Source: Octopus bimaculoides (lineage: Eukaryota). Taken from it: DNA of 64,000 bases. The translations under genes were made by a program, and so were the position numbers. Each line of letters begins with the position of its first letter. The stretch's first letter is position 1. This document shows positions 1 through 13,635 of the stretch, in pieces. Location: the NCBI RefSeq assembly GCF_001194135.2, contig NC_069000.1:3619365-3683364 (forward strand), given 5' to 3'. Below the pieces are notes generated by a model that saw only the letters and a program-made list of their open reading frames with translations, was not told the origin of the DNA and ran no database searches.

Positions 1-445
1 TATATGTATATATATATATATATGTATATATATATGTATATATATATATATATATACATATTTATACGCTGAAACGTGTTCACACTCATGCAAGTGTATA
101 TGTGATTGTGGATATGCTTGTACAAGTAAGTTTGCCGTCTCCTTTCTCCTCGGTATATTCGCTTTTGTGTTGCTAAACAGAAAAAGAAACCCGTAACTGC
201 ATGTACATACATTCGCTAAGATAACACAAACGATTACATATTTACGAATATTTCCGTATCTATACCCAAACCTAAACTCATGCACGCATAAACACAGACA
301 CACACAAAGACAAACAAACACACACGCATATATATCCACATATATGTATGTGTATCTAGAAGACTGTGTCCATGCATATATGTATGTACGAGTGTATGTA
401 TATATGTATTAATATAGATAAATATATATGTATGACAGAAGATAA

Positions 446-493
<48 letters not shown>

Positions 494-979
494 GTAATAT
501 ATATAGGTACGTATATACATATAAATATAGATAAATATATATGCAAGGCAGAAGATAAATAGATACATACAGAAATAAACTCAACTCAACACCGTATATT
601 ACACAAATATAGACATAAAGCAAAATAATGCAGAGAAAGAAAAAAAAAATTTTGGCAAAGTAAAAGAAAAAAATAACAAGGTATTTTAACACGAAATATA
701 TCGATTTGTTTGGATAACTAACAACTCTGAAGAGGTATTGATTCTACACTTATTTCCTTAGAATTTCTGTCGAGAAATTAACCATTTAACAATGGAACGT
801 GGGTATTTAGGCCAATATCGTGCTAGATAAAAATCTCAAGAGTGATTTTATTACATTTTAGAAAACACTATCAGAACTCAAACAAGAATAAAAAAAAAAA
901 CTATAATCCGAACTGTTTTATTATTATTAATATTTTTATGCTTCTTGTCGCTTCTTATTGCTGTTGTTCTTTCTTTGTT

Positions 980-981
<2 letters not shown>

Positions 982-1027
<46 letters not shown>

Positions 1028-1298
1028 GCTATTTTCTATGATGAAGTCTTATCTTCAATACCGAAGTTCCGTCTTCAGCGTTCTTGTTACTATGTATATA
1101 TAATATTACAGCACATATGCGGTTCATGGTCGCATTGATGATGCAGACAACGGCCTCGACGACGACGAAGATAATGACGACGGCGACGATGATGGCGATG
1201 GTGTTGTTGTTGTTGATGATGATGATGTTGATGAAAATGATGATTACGATGATGACAATGTCGATGACGATGACGACGACGACGACGATGATGATGAT
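982..1298. repeat. (TAT)n plus degenerate (GAT/GAC)n trinucleotide tracts
   Basis: Visible simple repeats; they explain the poly-I and poly-M/T/H ORFs. Confidence 0.95.
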
Positions 1299-1321
1299 AA
1301 CTCTTTAGATTTTCTTTTTCG

Positions 1322-1545
1322 CCACGCAAGGGTGCAATACGCTTCCTTCCATGATAATGCTTTCCACATTTGTGCTTCTTCGAATGTCACCCTAACAGAT
1401 AAGAGTTTGTTTTTTCCACAATGTTCAGGAATCGTTGTCTTGAGACCACACAGTGCAATAGACAGGAACTGAACAGAAGCGTAGAGAGCTTGGGGCTTCT
1501 ATTGGTGATGTTCTTCTTGTATTCAACATTGGTGTTACTGTTTGG
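1322..1545 (-). mobile_element. Decayed RTE-like non-LTR retrotransposon 3' ORF fragment
   Basis: Minus strand, with frameshifts, reads RQRFLNIVEK..G-D-IRRSTNVESIIMEGSV, resembling the RTE C-terminal LLNIVKxRKLxYFGHIxRxxxLExxIMEGxV motif. It runs into a trinucleotide tract at its 3' end. Confidence 0.5.
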
Positions 1546-3639
1546 CAATTGTTAGGCTTCATATGATTATTAATATTACTGATTAAGGAGTCGTTACAAT
1601 GTTTTCAATCGTAATTATTATTTTCTTTTGCACTCTTAATGTTTTTAGGGGGGTCTGGGGATGTTTTGCTGCGTTTCATCAGTTCATTGCATTTATTGGT
1701 CTCTCTATCTTTCGCCATTCAAACAGCTGGTTTCAAATTATCCTCAGTCGCCTCCTTAATTTTTTGATAATTTGTGTGCCAGCAAGTGTTAATTATTTTA
1801 AAAGAAAAGGAGTATTTTAATTGTATTTTAATTGTAGGAACAACCATCCACCTCAAATATTTCGGCATTTAATAACGATGTACATTCAATCGAAATACAA
1901 ATTGAAGCACATTTAACAGATAGTAAAGTAAATGGCACAAAGAATGAAAATTTCGGGAAGGAAAACGATGCCAGGATTCTTCCAGGGAAAAGAGTGTGAT
2001 GTAATTGTAGAGAAATATTATTAGTGCGTGATAGACCTAAATGACAATTAAACTGAATGTTCTCGAACGATCGTTAAGCACTCAATACCTTTTGTAGAGT
2101 ATATATTTATTAATTTTTAAAAAGAAAAGAAAGGTTAAAAATGACTTCGACATTCTTGCTTGTGCTGTTTCTCTTCCACCGACACACAACGCACATACAG
2201 ACACAGCTAACACAAACACATATGTACATGAATATATATAAGTGTATGTGTGTGTGTGTGTGTGTGTTTATGCGTGGGTGCGCGCGTATGCGTTCATGTA
2301 TTTGCGTGCGTATGTATGCGTGTTGTATGTGCGCGTGCGTTTGTGTGTGTGTATGTGCGCGTGCTTGTGTGCATGTGCTTATAACAGAGAAGTTGTTTTC
2401 AATTGAGAATATTTGAACGTAGTCAAAACGCAATCGATAGAATAGGCAGAGATTAGCCCAACGGAAAATTCCGATCCGTATCAACAGCGCATAGAATTCA
2501 AAAGCTACACGAACCAAATCTTAAGTAAATACCTGTGTGAGCCATTATAACACATCGAAGCTTTCTCAGTCAGTGTACACCCGATGAACTGTACATATTT
2601 GAGTTTGTGTGTATGTGTCATTCTGCATATTGGTGCGTGACTCTACGGACACCTCACTCAACATGGCGAAATACAAACAGACTGACTTGTATTTTTACCA
2701 CTATATATCAAACACTGTATTACTAAGAGTCCACCACCAGACGATATCGAGGCTGTCGTCATTTATTTGCTTATGCACAGGCTTTGGGTGTTTAAAAGAA
2801 GGAGTTGAAGTAATGAATTTGTGGTTAAAATTATAATTGTGTAAAAAGGAGAGTGAATGTAAGGGCAATGAAGATTTTAATAAAGAGGAATTTTCTCTCT
2901 TCTTTTTTTGATTTTTTTGTCAAATATGGAACCCAAGTAAAAGGAATAAGAGAAAACAAACAATAAATATACAAACGGTTCTATTTAATCAATTTTTACA
3001 AAATGGTGTTTATTCTGACTGATTTTATTGTATTTCAAGGCACGTCGTAAAACAAGCATCAGGTTATATGCCCACAGAAAGAATGCTAACATGTAAAATA
3101 TTATATAGAAATGGTGTGGAAGCTGCTGCCTTATAAGTGATATATTTGTTTGCTAAATACCTGTTGGCTCATTAATCAAAAGGGCTAGAAGTGCACATAT
3201 CAGAAAGAAGTCAGATTTTGAAAGGCATTGACTTTGTTCCCAAATGTACACACACACACCTACGAAATGTATATGTGTATATACATATATACATATGCAA
3301 TCATAAATTCATTATATATATATGTGTGTGCGCGCGGGGCGGTGCATGTGTGTGTGTATGTATGTGTGTGTCTGTCTGTATGTGTGTGTGTGTGTACATG
3401 CCTAAATCAATGTATTAGGATGATCTATGATGACGATCAAACGGTGGGAATGATACGAAAATGGCGTCCGTTCTATCAAAGAACGGGATTCTTGTCTTCA
3501 AATATATTATTTGTTATTCCTGAACTAAACAAGTTCTATTTGTATATATGTAAATAGAAATTTAAATGTAAATATACCATTCTGTGTAACCTTCAGCGTT
3601 AAAGACCGAAAATGTTTAAGCATTTTAATAAACGCGTAT

Positions 3640-3682
3640 GTTTGTTTGTTTGTTTGTTCGTTTGTTTGTTTGTTCGTTTGTT

Positions 3683-3743
<61 letters not shown>
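3640..3743. repeat. (TTTG)n followed by (TG)n
   Basis: Visible. Confidence 0.97.
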
Positions 3744-4048
3744 NNNNNNNNNNNNNNNNNNNNNNNNNNNNNNNNNNNNNNNNNNNNNNNNNNNNNNNNN
3801 NNNNNNNNNNNNNNNNNNNNNNNNNNNNNNNNNNNNNNNNNNNNNNNNNNNNNNNNNNNNNNNNNNNNNNNNNNNNNNNNNNNNNNNNNNNNNNNNNNNN
3901 NNNNNNNNNNNNNNNNNNNNNNNNNNNNNNNNNNNNNNNNNNNNNNNNNNNNNNNNNNNNNNNNNNNNNNNNNNNNNNNNNNNNNNNNNNNNNNNNNNNN
4001 NNNNNNNNNNNNNNNNNNNNNNNNNNNNNNNNNNNNNNNNNNNNNNNN

Positions 4049-4083
<35 letters not shown>

Positions 4084-4841
4084 TATATATATGGAAGGGT
4101 GTATGAGTATATTTGCCGGGGGTAAATCTTAATGCATTCCTTTAGCTGTCATTTATCATAATTACACAATTATATTCCTCTCCTTCTCCATTAATGGGAA
4201 GTCAATACATAGACTTACTGGTCGACATACGACTCTGTTTTGTCTGTAATCAAAACATAATTTCAGACATTTTACTAGGAGTTATTTAAGTAAGAGTTTT
4301 AAAATATATAACAGAAATCATAATATATTGTCACAAAACATATAGCTAAAAAACATATACCATAATTTATGTTTCGCTTTATCAATGTACAGAACCATAT
4401 CGATGTAAACATTTAAGACAGTGTTATATTATTACAACAGGGTATTGAATATTTGATGTATAATACAACAGTACAGCTTCACTTTGCTGCAAAGATTTGT
4501 CGCAAAGAAACTTGTAAAACTTTCAGCAATGTAGAAGCAAATTGCTCGTTCAGAGGAATGTCAGAGCGCCAGCAGGTACCAGTGGTCCGACTTCATTTAA
4601 CCTTATCATTGACAAACATGGTTTCATTAAATTTTAACGAAAGACTATGAAATTATAATAACGGGAGGGAGCGCGTTCTTACCTTAGAAAAAACCTTTCA
4701 CGCTCGTCACTGAGGAGTCTAAATGAAACCGAAACACTGATGTATGAACATGCATTGATCTCATTAGGGCAAATTGTTGCTTTTAAACATATAAGAAAGG
4801 TATAGGAATGAATGTGATTTTGATAAGTTTATTTCATTAAC

Positions 4842-4975
4842 ACATGGTTTCGGTTTCATTTCCACTCTGTGGCACCTTGCCAACTATCTTGTATTACAGC
4901 CCTAGCACAATGAAAACTTTTAAAGAGGTGGTGGGGACAAAATCTGCGTGGAAACCCATTCTACGCACAAAAACA
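4842..4975 (+). mobile_element. Decayed SINE fragment, family C
   Basis: ATGGTTTCGGTTTCATTTCCACTCTGTGGCACCTTG aligns with the copies at 15944 and 22715. Confidence 0.55.
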
Positions 4976-6141
4976 CATAAAGTCATAAAAAATCTGTACT
5001 TTAATCAGATGCTCTTCCCAAAGAATATATTGATTAAATTCAAGCCTGGAAAGAAGCCGCAGATATCAATATCCAAATTAATATTCCATCTGTTTTTTTT
5101 TAAGAATGGCCGACATTGTTCGTGCGGGAATAAATGAAGTTAAGATGAAACACCAGTGCAGGTCTACTTGTCTAGCCAATGAGAGCATTTCGCGTAGGCA
5201 CTGAAAGTCTAACGCATTAATTCTGTCAACATAAATTTTCCTAAGAAGAACTTAATGCTAGCAACATTTTGTCGTTTATCTGTGTGATATAAATATTATA
5301 TACAACGATATTTTTACACAGGCGCATGCACACATACATATATACATACACGTACACATATATACGCATATATTTATGAATATATTTATGCATATATATG
5401 TACAGGAGCATATGTGTGTGTGCGTGTCTGTGTGTTTTTATATATACAGTCACATACATATAGATATGTTTATAAACATAACTATATCTATATATATATA
5501 TACACATACATGTATACGGGCATAGGTATATGCATATGTACACTGGCATATATATATATATATATATATACATGCCTGTGTATATATTGTTCTAGCCGAT
5601 CCATATCCAAAAGATAGATGTAGTCTCGTTTCCCTTGTGTAGTAAATTTCACTTATTTCCTCTCATTAATATTTGAGAGAAACACGATATGAATGCTATA
5701 GTCTCTTATTTTACTATCTTTTTTTTTAAACATTTTCTTTCATTTCTCCCCATCTCGGATCGTATTTCAACATATGAACTAATGCCTGATTCTATGCAAT
5801 ACTCTTCTTATTTATTTTGTATAATATAATTCATTTTAATGTCTCGCATTGATTCGTTCGGACATATTTTAGACAACATTACGAAGATGAAAGACAAAGA
5901 ACAAAAAAAAAAAGGAAAACATCGGAATGGAAAACAAATAAATGAGAAGCCGTGACATGTCGATATGCATTGAAGTAAGTGCATTTCTACATGTATATAG
6001 ATAATCTAATTTACTTTATGCTAATAATTCAATTCTAAATGTAGAAATCCGTTGGAAATTTGCCAGTTGCGAAACGTAAGAATTTTTAACATGTACAAAT
6101 CTTCGTGAAGAACCTGCACGAAGATATAAATAGAATACAGA

Positions 6142-6201
6142 ATGGTAATAATACCCACAGCAATGATAATAATAATAATAATGATAATAATAATAATATT
6201 A

Positions 6202-6239
<38 letters not shown>

Positions 6240-6426
6240 AAGGAGGAAGAGGATGACGACGACGACTAAGATGGAGGGGACGACAAGGAAGTGGATGATA
6301 ATGATGATGACGAATAAGGTGAAGCTGGCTATGATGATGATGATGATGATGATGATGATGGTGAGGTGGAGGACGAGCAGGGTGGTGTTGGTGGTGGCGG
6401 CTGTGTCAGAGAAGGGGGATTATAAT

Positions 6427-6482
<56 letters not shown>

Positions 6483-6495
6483 TAATAATAATCAA
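6142..6495. repeat. Compound (ATA)n/(GAT)n/(AAT)n tract
   Basis: Visible. Confidence 0.95.
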
Positions 6496-7108
6496 TTTGC
6501 AAATATGAATAAAATGCAAAACAAAAAACAGAATTATATTGCGAATGGTTGCCCTATCACATTTATGTCTTTGGTTTTCGTTTCTTTTTGCTTTATTTAT
6601 TTATTTATTTTTTTTTCAAAAAATAACTAATGTTGAATTGTAGTTGTCTTTTGTGTCTCGCAGGTATTTCAATGAACCTAACTTAATAAAACGGTATCGA
6701 TTGATTCTCTCACAACTTTTACTCACTCTCTATACAAAACGAACTTCGCTTTCAGCTTTCAGCAAACATTACAGATATAAATATGTAAAGTGCATCGTAT
6801 ATTTCGACTGTACTTCTAAATTCCATTTAGTCACCAGGGGACTCAACGAAAAGGATGTGTTTTTAAGATGTTCGCTTCGTAATCAAATGGTCTCCGGTTT
6901 CGAACCCCCTGTGAGGCATATGAAACAAATGCCTGTTACGATAACCACACCGAATCGGCGAGAATTACCCGACTGAAGTATGTTTCAAGGTAATTTGAAA
7001 GGATGTTTGATCACATACGTATATATGTTGTACATACATGTATATGTATGTGTGTGTGTGCCTGTGTGCCTGTGTTTGTGTGTATGAGAGTGAGTGCAAG
7101 TGTGTGAA

Positions 7109-7400
7109 AGCGCGTGGCCTTGTGGGTAGGGTATTGCGCTCACCAACGCTAATCCGTAGTTTCGATTCACAGTCAGAAAAGCGCGATGTTTTTAAACAAC
7201 AAAAAACATAAATAAATAAATGAATAATTCACATTTCTCCAGCCCACTCCACTGTAGATGGGTGACCCTCCGATGGAATATACTTGCGATCAAGGGCGGC
7301 GCGGGGATGTTGAACTGCGACGTGGCATCTTCGATGATGTATGAAATGATTCACAAGCGCATTGGCATTGTGACCAGCGATATATAACAACATGCAACAG
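7109..7400 (+). mobile_element. tRNA-headed SINE, family B variant
   Basis: A-box-like GTGGCCTTGTGG and B-box-like GTTTCGATTC; tail GCATTGTGACCAGCGATATATAACAA shared with the 32085-32230 copy. Confidence 0.7.
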
Positions 7401-7407
7401 TCTCGTC

Positions 7408-7510
7408 GATCCCATAAGAAGCACGATGAAGCTGCAATACATATGTGTATCATATGTGATCCCATAAGAAGCACGATGAAGCTGCAATACATATGTGTAT
7501 CATATGTGAT
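7408..7510. repeat. Perfect tandem duplication, 50-bp unit x2
   Basis: GATCCCATAAGAAGCACGATGAAGCTGCAATACATATGTGTATCATATGT at 7408 and 7458. Confidence 0.95.
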
Positions 7511-8226
7511 ATAGATATAAAGGAAGGAAGCGATTTACTGCGGTATCATCCACAGTTAATACACATGGACTAGTTGTGTTTAAGAGCGCTATGTATATCG
7601 GAGAGACATAAAAAACCGTCCCATCTGCAAGTATCGAAGTCGTTCGATATATTTCATCCCAGTTTCGACTTTGTCCCTCCCGTGTAGAGCCACTCATATC
7701 AGTATACTCACAGACTGCCTCTTTGAGAATTGATGTCTCCGATATATTAGAAACATACGTCCGAATTGCTGACCATATGAATAAGATTCAAAAGAAACAG
7801 TATTCAACTCAAATGCTCGCGTATGCATTAAATACTTCCTTCCATGTGAGTATAGACACACTACATTAATATATTAACGTTACGAACGTGTTGAATTTGC
7901 TTTATGCGATATACGATGTGACTACCGATGTACTGACAGATTTACAAGCGTTTAAAACGCTTCAAAGACGTTGCTGTTCCATGGCCGTTTTCTCTATGAC
8001 TGGTCAAAGAAAAAGAGGAAAATAGAAATAGGTGACAATGTATTATGTGTTTTCTGTCAGCTTTGATGAAAGAAACTTTTCGAAATATTAGAAGATACTA
8101 AACGAAAATATATCAGATGGCAAAAAGCATGTCACATATTTTCCTCTTATAATATCCAGTTGCCAGCAGCTTCTTAGTAAATGCATATTTATCTCTGTCT
8201 GTATGTGCGACTGTTCTATCATATTG

Positions 8227-8288
<62 letters not shown>

Positions 8289-9246
8289 TTATCTGCATAA
8301 ATACATACATACAAACGTACAGTGTGTGTATATAAGGAGTGTGTATGTATTTGGATATGCAATATATGCATTTATATGTCACGATAAGTATACGTTAAGT
8401 TATTTGAGATTTCCCAATATAATATATTATATTATTTCAGGTTTTCTTCTTCTGCATGTTTTTAATCTGTTTATTTCTTCCTTTTATATACTATGTACTA
8501 TTTCCATTTAGTGGAATTTACAATAAATATATATATATGTATATATATATACAAACATTTTCTTAATTTATTTTATCTCAAAGGAATGTGCATCTACTGT
8601 TACATATGTACACTCCTACGTACATTCCCATCCTTGGATGGCTGCAGAATCGTTTTGAGAAACTCACGTAACCAGGAAAACATCAGTGAGTATAAACTAC
8701 ATAATTTATAGCGAGTATTGAACACGCGCCTTCCACTCAGTTCATCGTGTGTATATGGGGAGATCAAGGTGTTTGCTAGAGTGTGTATATAAATATATAT
8801 ATGTGTGTGTATGTTGTTTTTTTGCGTCATGGAATGCAGGTTCAGATCCGGCCTCATGACACTCTGGGCCTGAATCTAGTTACGTGCTTGATGCTAATAA
8901 AGTGCAACGCGAAAGTTAAATTTTCTCTAAACACTATTTTTTTCCATCCAGTCACGGTATGATATTTCTAAAGAGACAATTCCCCGATGCAAGCTCGATT
9001 TTTTTATTGACTTTCATCACCTCTCGTCACTTTTCCCTCGCGAATATGTATTTCGTTGAGAGTTAACATTATTCTCTAATTAGAAAATGACTACACCTAC
9101 ATTTATTTTTGTAACTCCTGTAATGACAGAAGACGTCTCGGCTAAATCTGGCTGGTGATCTGTGAATCCACAATGTCTTTTCTGAGTGTTTTGCCTGATT
9201 TGTTTTAATGATTCGATTTACTTCTTTCCATGATAAATGCACTCTC

Positions 9247-9273
9247 ATGATAATAATGATAATAATAACAATC

Positions 9274-9336
<63 letters not shown>

Positions 9337-9348
9337 GTAATAATGATA
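9247..9348. repeat. (ATA)n microsatellite
   Basis: Visible. Confidence 0.97.
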
Positions 9349-9655
9349 GCAAAATCTGTCTTAATCCTATGGGTTTTAATTGATTAAGTATAGTGTCATA
9401 TATTTCAAATTTGTATCGAAAGTGTCTGAAGTATTCGTCTCAAGTGGAATCATATCTCTTACTACGTCTCCCGCAAGACCATCGATTAATCTCCAATAGT
9501 CACAGATACCTTGTTTTGTCTGGGAAAAAAAATTACCGCTGACAAAATCAATACAAGTTTCCGAAAGGCATCATGGGAAATTGTTGAGCAGCGGATCTCA
9601 ATCGGTTCTTCGTCACACACACTCGTATGTAGTATGTATACATACATATATCTAT

Positions 9656-9686
<31 letters not shown>

Positions 9687-11568
9687 TATTTGTATATTAT
9701 ATATGATATATACATGCATATACATATATATACATATATATATATATATGTGTATATATATGTATATGCATGTATATATGGTGGTGATGATGTTGGGGGG
9801 GGGGGAATAACGGTGTAGATGAGATCGGAAGATTGAGAGGTGACAATGGTAATGGTGTTTGAGGGAGATTTGGTTGCAATGTCTAGCACAGCACATTACC
9901 CTATACAAAAATACTCGTTGAATTATGATCATTTGGAATGTTCTAATTTTGCAATATAATTCCTCGTCCCAGACTTTTGAAGACTTCAATAAAAATACCT
10001 GCCTTATGTTTAGACAGACGTCTGTGAGGCCAAAGTTTACATCATTCTTAACCGACCTCGCAAACTTTTTAATATAATTGTTTTACCACCTTCAGTCTAC
10101 AATGTCTATTGCTAGAGGCCTGAATAAATACTTTACATTCAATACAGACATGCACACAGCACACACACACACACATACACACTTATAAACTCATATACAT
10201 AATTCATACATACATACGTACGTACATACATACATATATANNNNNNNNNNNNNNNNNNNNNNNNNNNNNNNNNNNNNNNNNNNNNNNNNNNNNNNNNNNN
10301 NNNNNNNNNNNNNNNNNNNNNNNNNNNNNNNNNNNNNNNNNNNNNNNNNNNNNNNNNNNNNNNNNNNNNNNNNNNNNNNNNNNNNNNNNNNNNNNNNNNN
10401 NNNNNNNNNNNNNNNNNNNNNNNNNNNNNNNNNNNNNNNNNNNNNNNNNNNNNNNNNNNNNNNNNNNNNNNNNNNNNNNNNNNNNNNNNNNNNNNNNNNN
10501 NNNNNNNNNNNNNNNNNNNNNNNNNNNNNNNNNNNNNNNNNNNNNNNNNNNNNNNNNNNNNNNNNNNNNNNNNNNNNNNNNATATATACATACACACCAT
10601 ACGGACATACACATAAAAACTCGTACCCGAACATACACACTCACATGCATGTGTGTGTGCGCGTGCGTATGTGTATGTGTATATATCCTTACAAAAACAT
10701 ACAGATAGATAGATAGATAGATAGATAGATATGTATTCGCCATTAATTATATCTTCCCTTTTGGTATGCGAGCTTGTTGTTTCTGCGTTGAAGTCAATTT
10801 TCTGAAGACAAGTAAAATGAGTTAGAAACCATTGGCCGTATCTGTTTCTGTGTATCGAGATTTCAATTCAATTTTTTTTTTTTTCTTGATGCTGTATTTT
10901 GTAAAACAGAAGTCGAGGCAGTATATAGTGTAAACTTTCACACATCGTCGCTACCTTCCCAGATCCTCCTGCATTCCACAATGAATGTTTGGTCTTTCAA
11001 AGTCGTTATATTATAAATTGACCTACATTTTTCGCATTATATTCTCGTCTCAATAATTTGATTGTATGCCGGATATTTTGTTCACTCAAATTTTTCACTA
11101 GCCATTAGGCATTGTTTTACTTTTCTAGAAGCAAAAGATAATTCTGTAATTATATGGTATTTATCGTAACGTTATGCCTCATTTTTGATAAAATACATTC
11201 AACTGAAAACTCTGAGGCATCCATAAACGAAAAGAACGCACTATTGTCTGGAGACCGGTAGACAGTTAATACCTGTTGGTTCTATTTCAATGGAAGTCAG
11301 AAGTTTTCCTACAATGATAAAGGAAAAATTTGTACGTAAAGCAAAGCAGAAGAGAACTCCTATTTCAAATAAATTCTTAGAAGTCTATCTATCTAACTCT
11401 TTCGCTCTCTCTCTCCCTCTCTTTTCTCTCTGTATCTCTGTGTCTCTGTGTGTCTCTCTCTCTGTCTCTCTGTCTCTCTCTCTCTCTCGCTATATATATA
11501 TATGTGTGTGTGTGTGTGTGCAACATTTTACCTATCTTTTCTAAATTTTTAGCCCGCTCTATTTTCTA

Positions 11569-11621
<53 letters not shown>

Positions 11622-11991
11622 TTAGAATGCAGAAATCAAGTCGTATTTGACTTGGTATCGGTCAATTAAAATGATTTTATATCCGGGGAAAGCAATTTAG
11701 AAAAATCAGATTTAGCGATATAGTTTCCGTTAATCCTAATCCATGCATTTGTGGCTCATATTTCCCTTAATCTGTCTGGCCTTCAGCGAAATTTAAATAA
11801 AGATTGCTCGTTACTTATTCCACTAAATTAAAGTCTATGTTGAATTAGAAAGTCTAAAGCGAATTAGGAAATATAATTAGTATTTATGGAGGCATGGCTG
11901 TATGCTTCTCATTAACAATTAAACATTCTTTAATATTATATATTTCTTCTTTCAGCCTCTCTCAACTCAATGACATGCAAAACGTCGCAAT

Positions 11992-12068
11992 ATGGCGATC
12001 AGGAAGAATTGTTAGCACGCCGTGCAAAATGCATAGCGGCATTTCGTCCGTGTTTACTTTCTGAGTTC
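11992..12068 (+). mobile_element. SINE family A, 5' fragment
   Basis: GGCGATCAGGAAGAATTGTTAGCACGCCG...GGCATTTCGTCCGT...CTGAGTT matches the heads at 44635 and 62520. Confidence 0.75.
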
Positions 12069-12547
12069 TCACGAGAAATTATGCTTCATTTATCGGGAAA
12101 CAACTTGTAGGAAATAATTTAACAAGCCTACAAGGAGTCATGTGTTGATAAGATGAACATGGTGAGAAAAATCCAAATCTACGAAACATCGATAGAAAGA
12201 AAGAATAAATATATGAGTGAATGAGAGTGTGAGAGATGGTGAGAAAGAGAGAGAGAGAGTGAGAGAGAAGAGAGAGATGGTGTGAGAGAGTGAGAGAAAG
12301 AGACATAGAAGCAGAGTAACAAATGAAGCTATCCAAACTAATAATAAAACATACATACATTATGGAAACGTTTAGTTTAAACCATTATTTTGTATAATAA
12401 TAGACGAAATCAATGCGGTTTGGTTTGTTGGTTGGTTGGTTGGTTGGTTGGGTGCTGGCTGGCTGGGTGGCTGGTTGGTTAAATGGGTGATTGAGCAGTT
12501 GGGTGGTCAACTTTCACAAGTTTCGTTTTATTTGTATTGAGATAAGC

Positions 12548-12606
<59 letters not shown>

Positions 12607-12919
12607 TCGGAAAATATTTTTTACTCTAGGCACATATGTATGTATGTGTGTGTGTGTGTCTGTACATGTATATATATATATATATTATATGTATATATAC
12701 ACACATACGCATACATGCATATATGTGTGCATATATATGTATATATATATATATATACATGTGTGTGTGTGTGTACATGTATGCAAACTACATGATTGTG
12801 CACTCATTTCTATATACATCTATGGATATGTGTGTTTAATCTGCTCTCAAACGTAACTGTTTCCCGTGTAAACTTGTTCTCTACTCAGTGAGGCTCTTCA
12901 TTGATTAATGATCACTTAC

Positions 12920-13107
12920 ACATTTTGAAGATACACATGAGAGAACCTTTATATCCGCAGTGGCCTGTATCGGATATTTGCGACAAAGATTCACATCCCT
13001 TTCCATTGCAAGCGGCACGCAATGGCTGTTGTAAAGGTCATAGCAATTGTCGTTCCCTTGTCCGAATGTGCCGCATGGTTGAGTTTTGTTCCAATCATTG
13101 ATAACCA
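12920..13107 (-). CDS. Candidate internal exon, Cys-rich peptide of unknown family
   Basis: Minus strand CAG|TG GTT ATC...AAA TGT|GTAAGT; 188 nt, phase 1 to 0; VINDWNKTQPCGTFGQGNDNCYDLYNSHCVPLAMERDVNLCRKYPIQATADIKVLSCVSSKC. Unique sequence with higher GC than the flanks; the acceptor pyrimidine tract is modest. Confidence 0.4.
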
Positions 13108-13390
13108 CTGGTTCATAATAGAAATTTAGCTATTATCTCATTTCCTCTTTATATGTCTTTGCCTGCTTCTTCTTTATGTATTTAACTAATTTTTTTTTTT
13201 TCTGAATTTTAAGGGTTCGTTTAATTTCACCGCAGAAGTGTTTCACACACCCACAAACATAAAGACACACACTAATATATGTATGTAAGTATGTATATAT
13301 NNNNNNNNNNNNNNNNNNNNNNNNNNNNNNNNNNNNNNNNNNNNNNNNNNNNNNNNNNNNNNNNNNNNNNNNNNNNNNNNNNNNNNNNNN

Positions 13391-13419
<29 letters not shown>

Positions 13420-13421
<2 letters not shown>

Positions 13422-13461
13422 TATATATATATAGATAGATAGATAGATAGATAGATAGATG

Positions 13462-13515
<54 letters not shown>
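13420..13515. repeat. (GATA)n microsatellite
   Basis: Visible. Confidence 0.97.
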
Positions 13516-13526
13516 CATACAATGTG

Positions 13527-13635
13527 AAGGCGCATGGCTTAGTGGTTAGGGCACTGTACTCACGATTGCGAGATCGTGAGCTCGATTCTCAGACCAGGCA
13601 TTGCATTGCAGTCTTGAGCAACGCAATTCATTTCA
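13527..13635 (+). mobile_element. tRNA-headed SINE family B, 5' part
   Basis: GGCGCATGGCTTAGTGGTTAGG (A box), GAGCTCGATTCT (B box), then GTCTTGAGCAA as in the 60655-60905 copy. Confidence 0.8.

Noticed and set aside
4709-4735. CTGAGGA...GAAAC hammerhead-like core
   Set aside because: Stem II pairs poorly and there is no stem III/NUH or stem I partner.
13527-13600. tRNA gene (also at 42541, 44987, 60830-60905)
   Set aside because: Only A/B boxes, no complete cloverleaf, and each continues into SINE body sequence.
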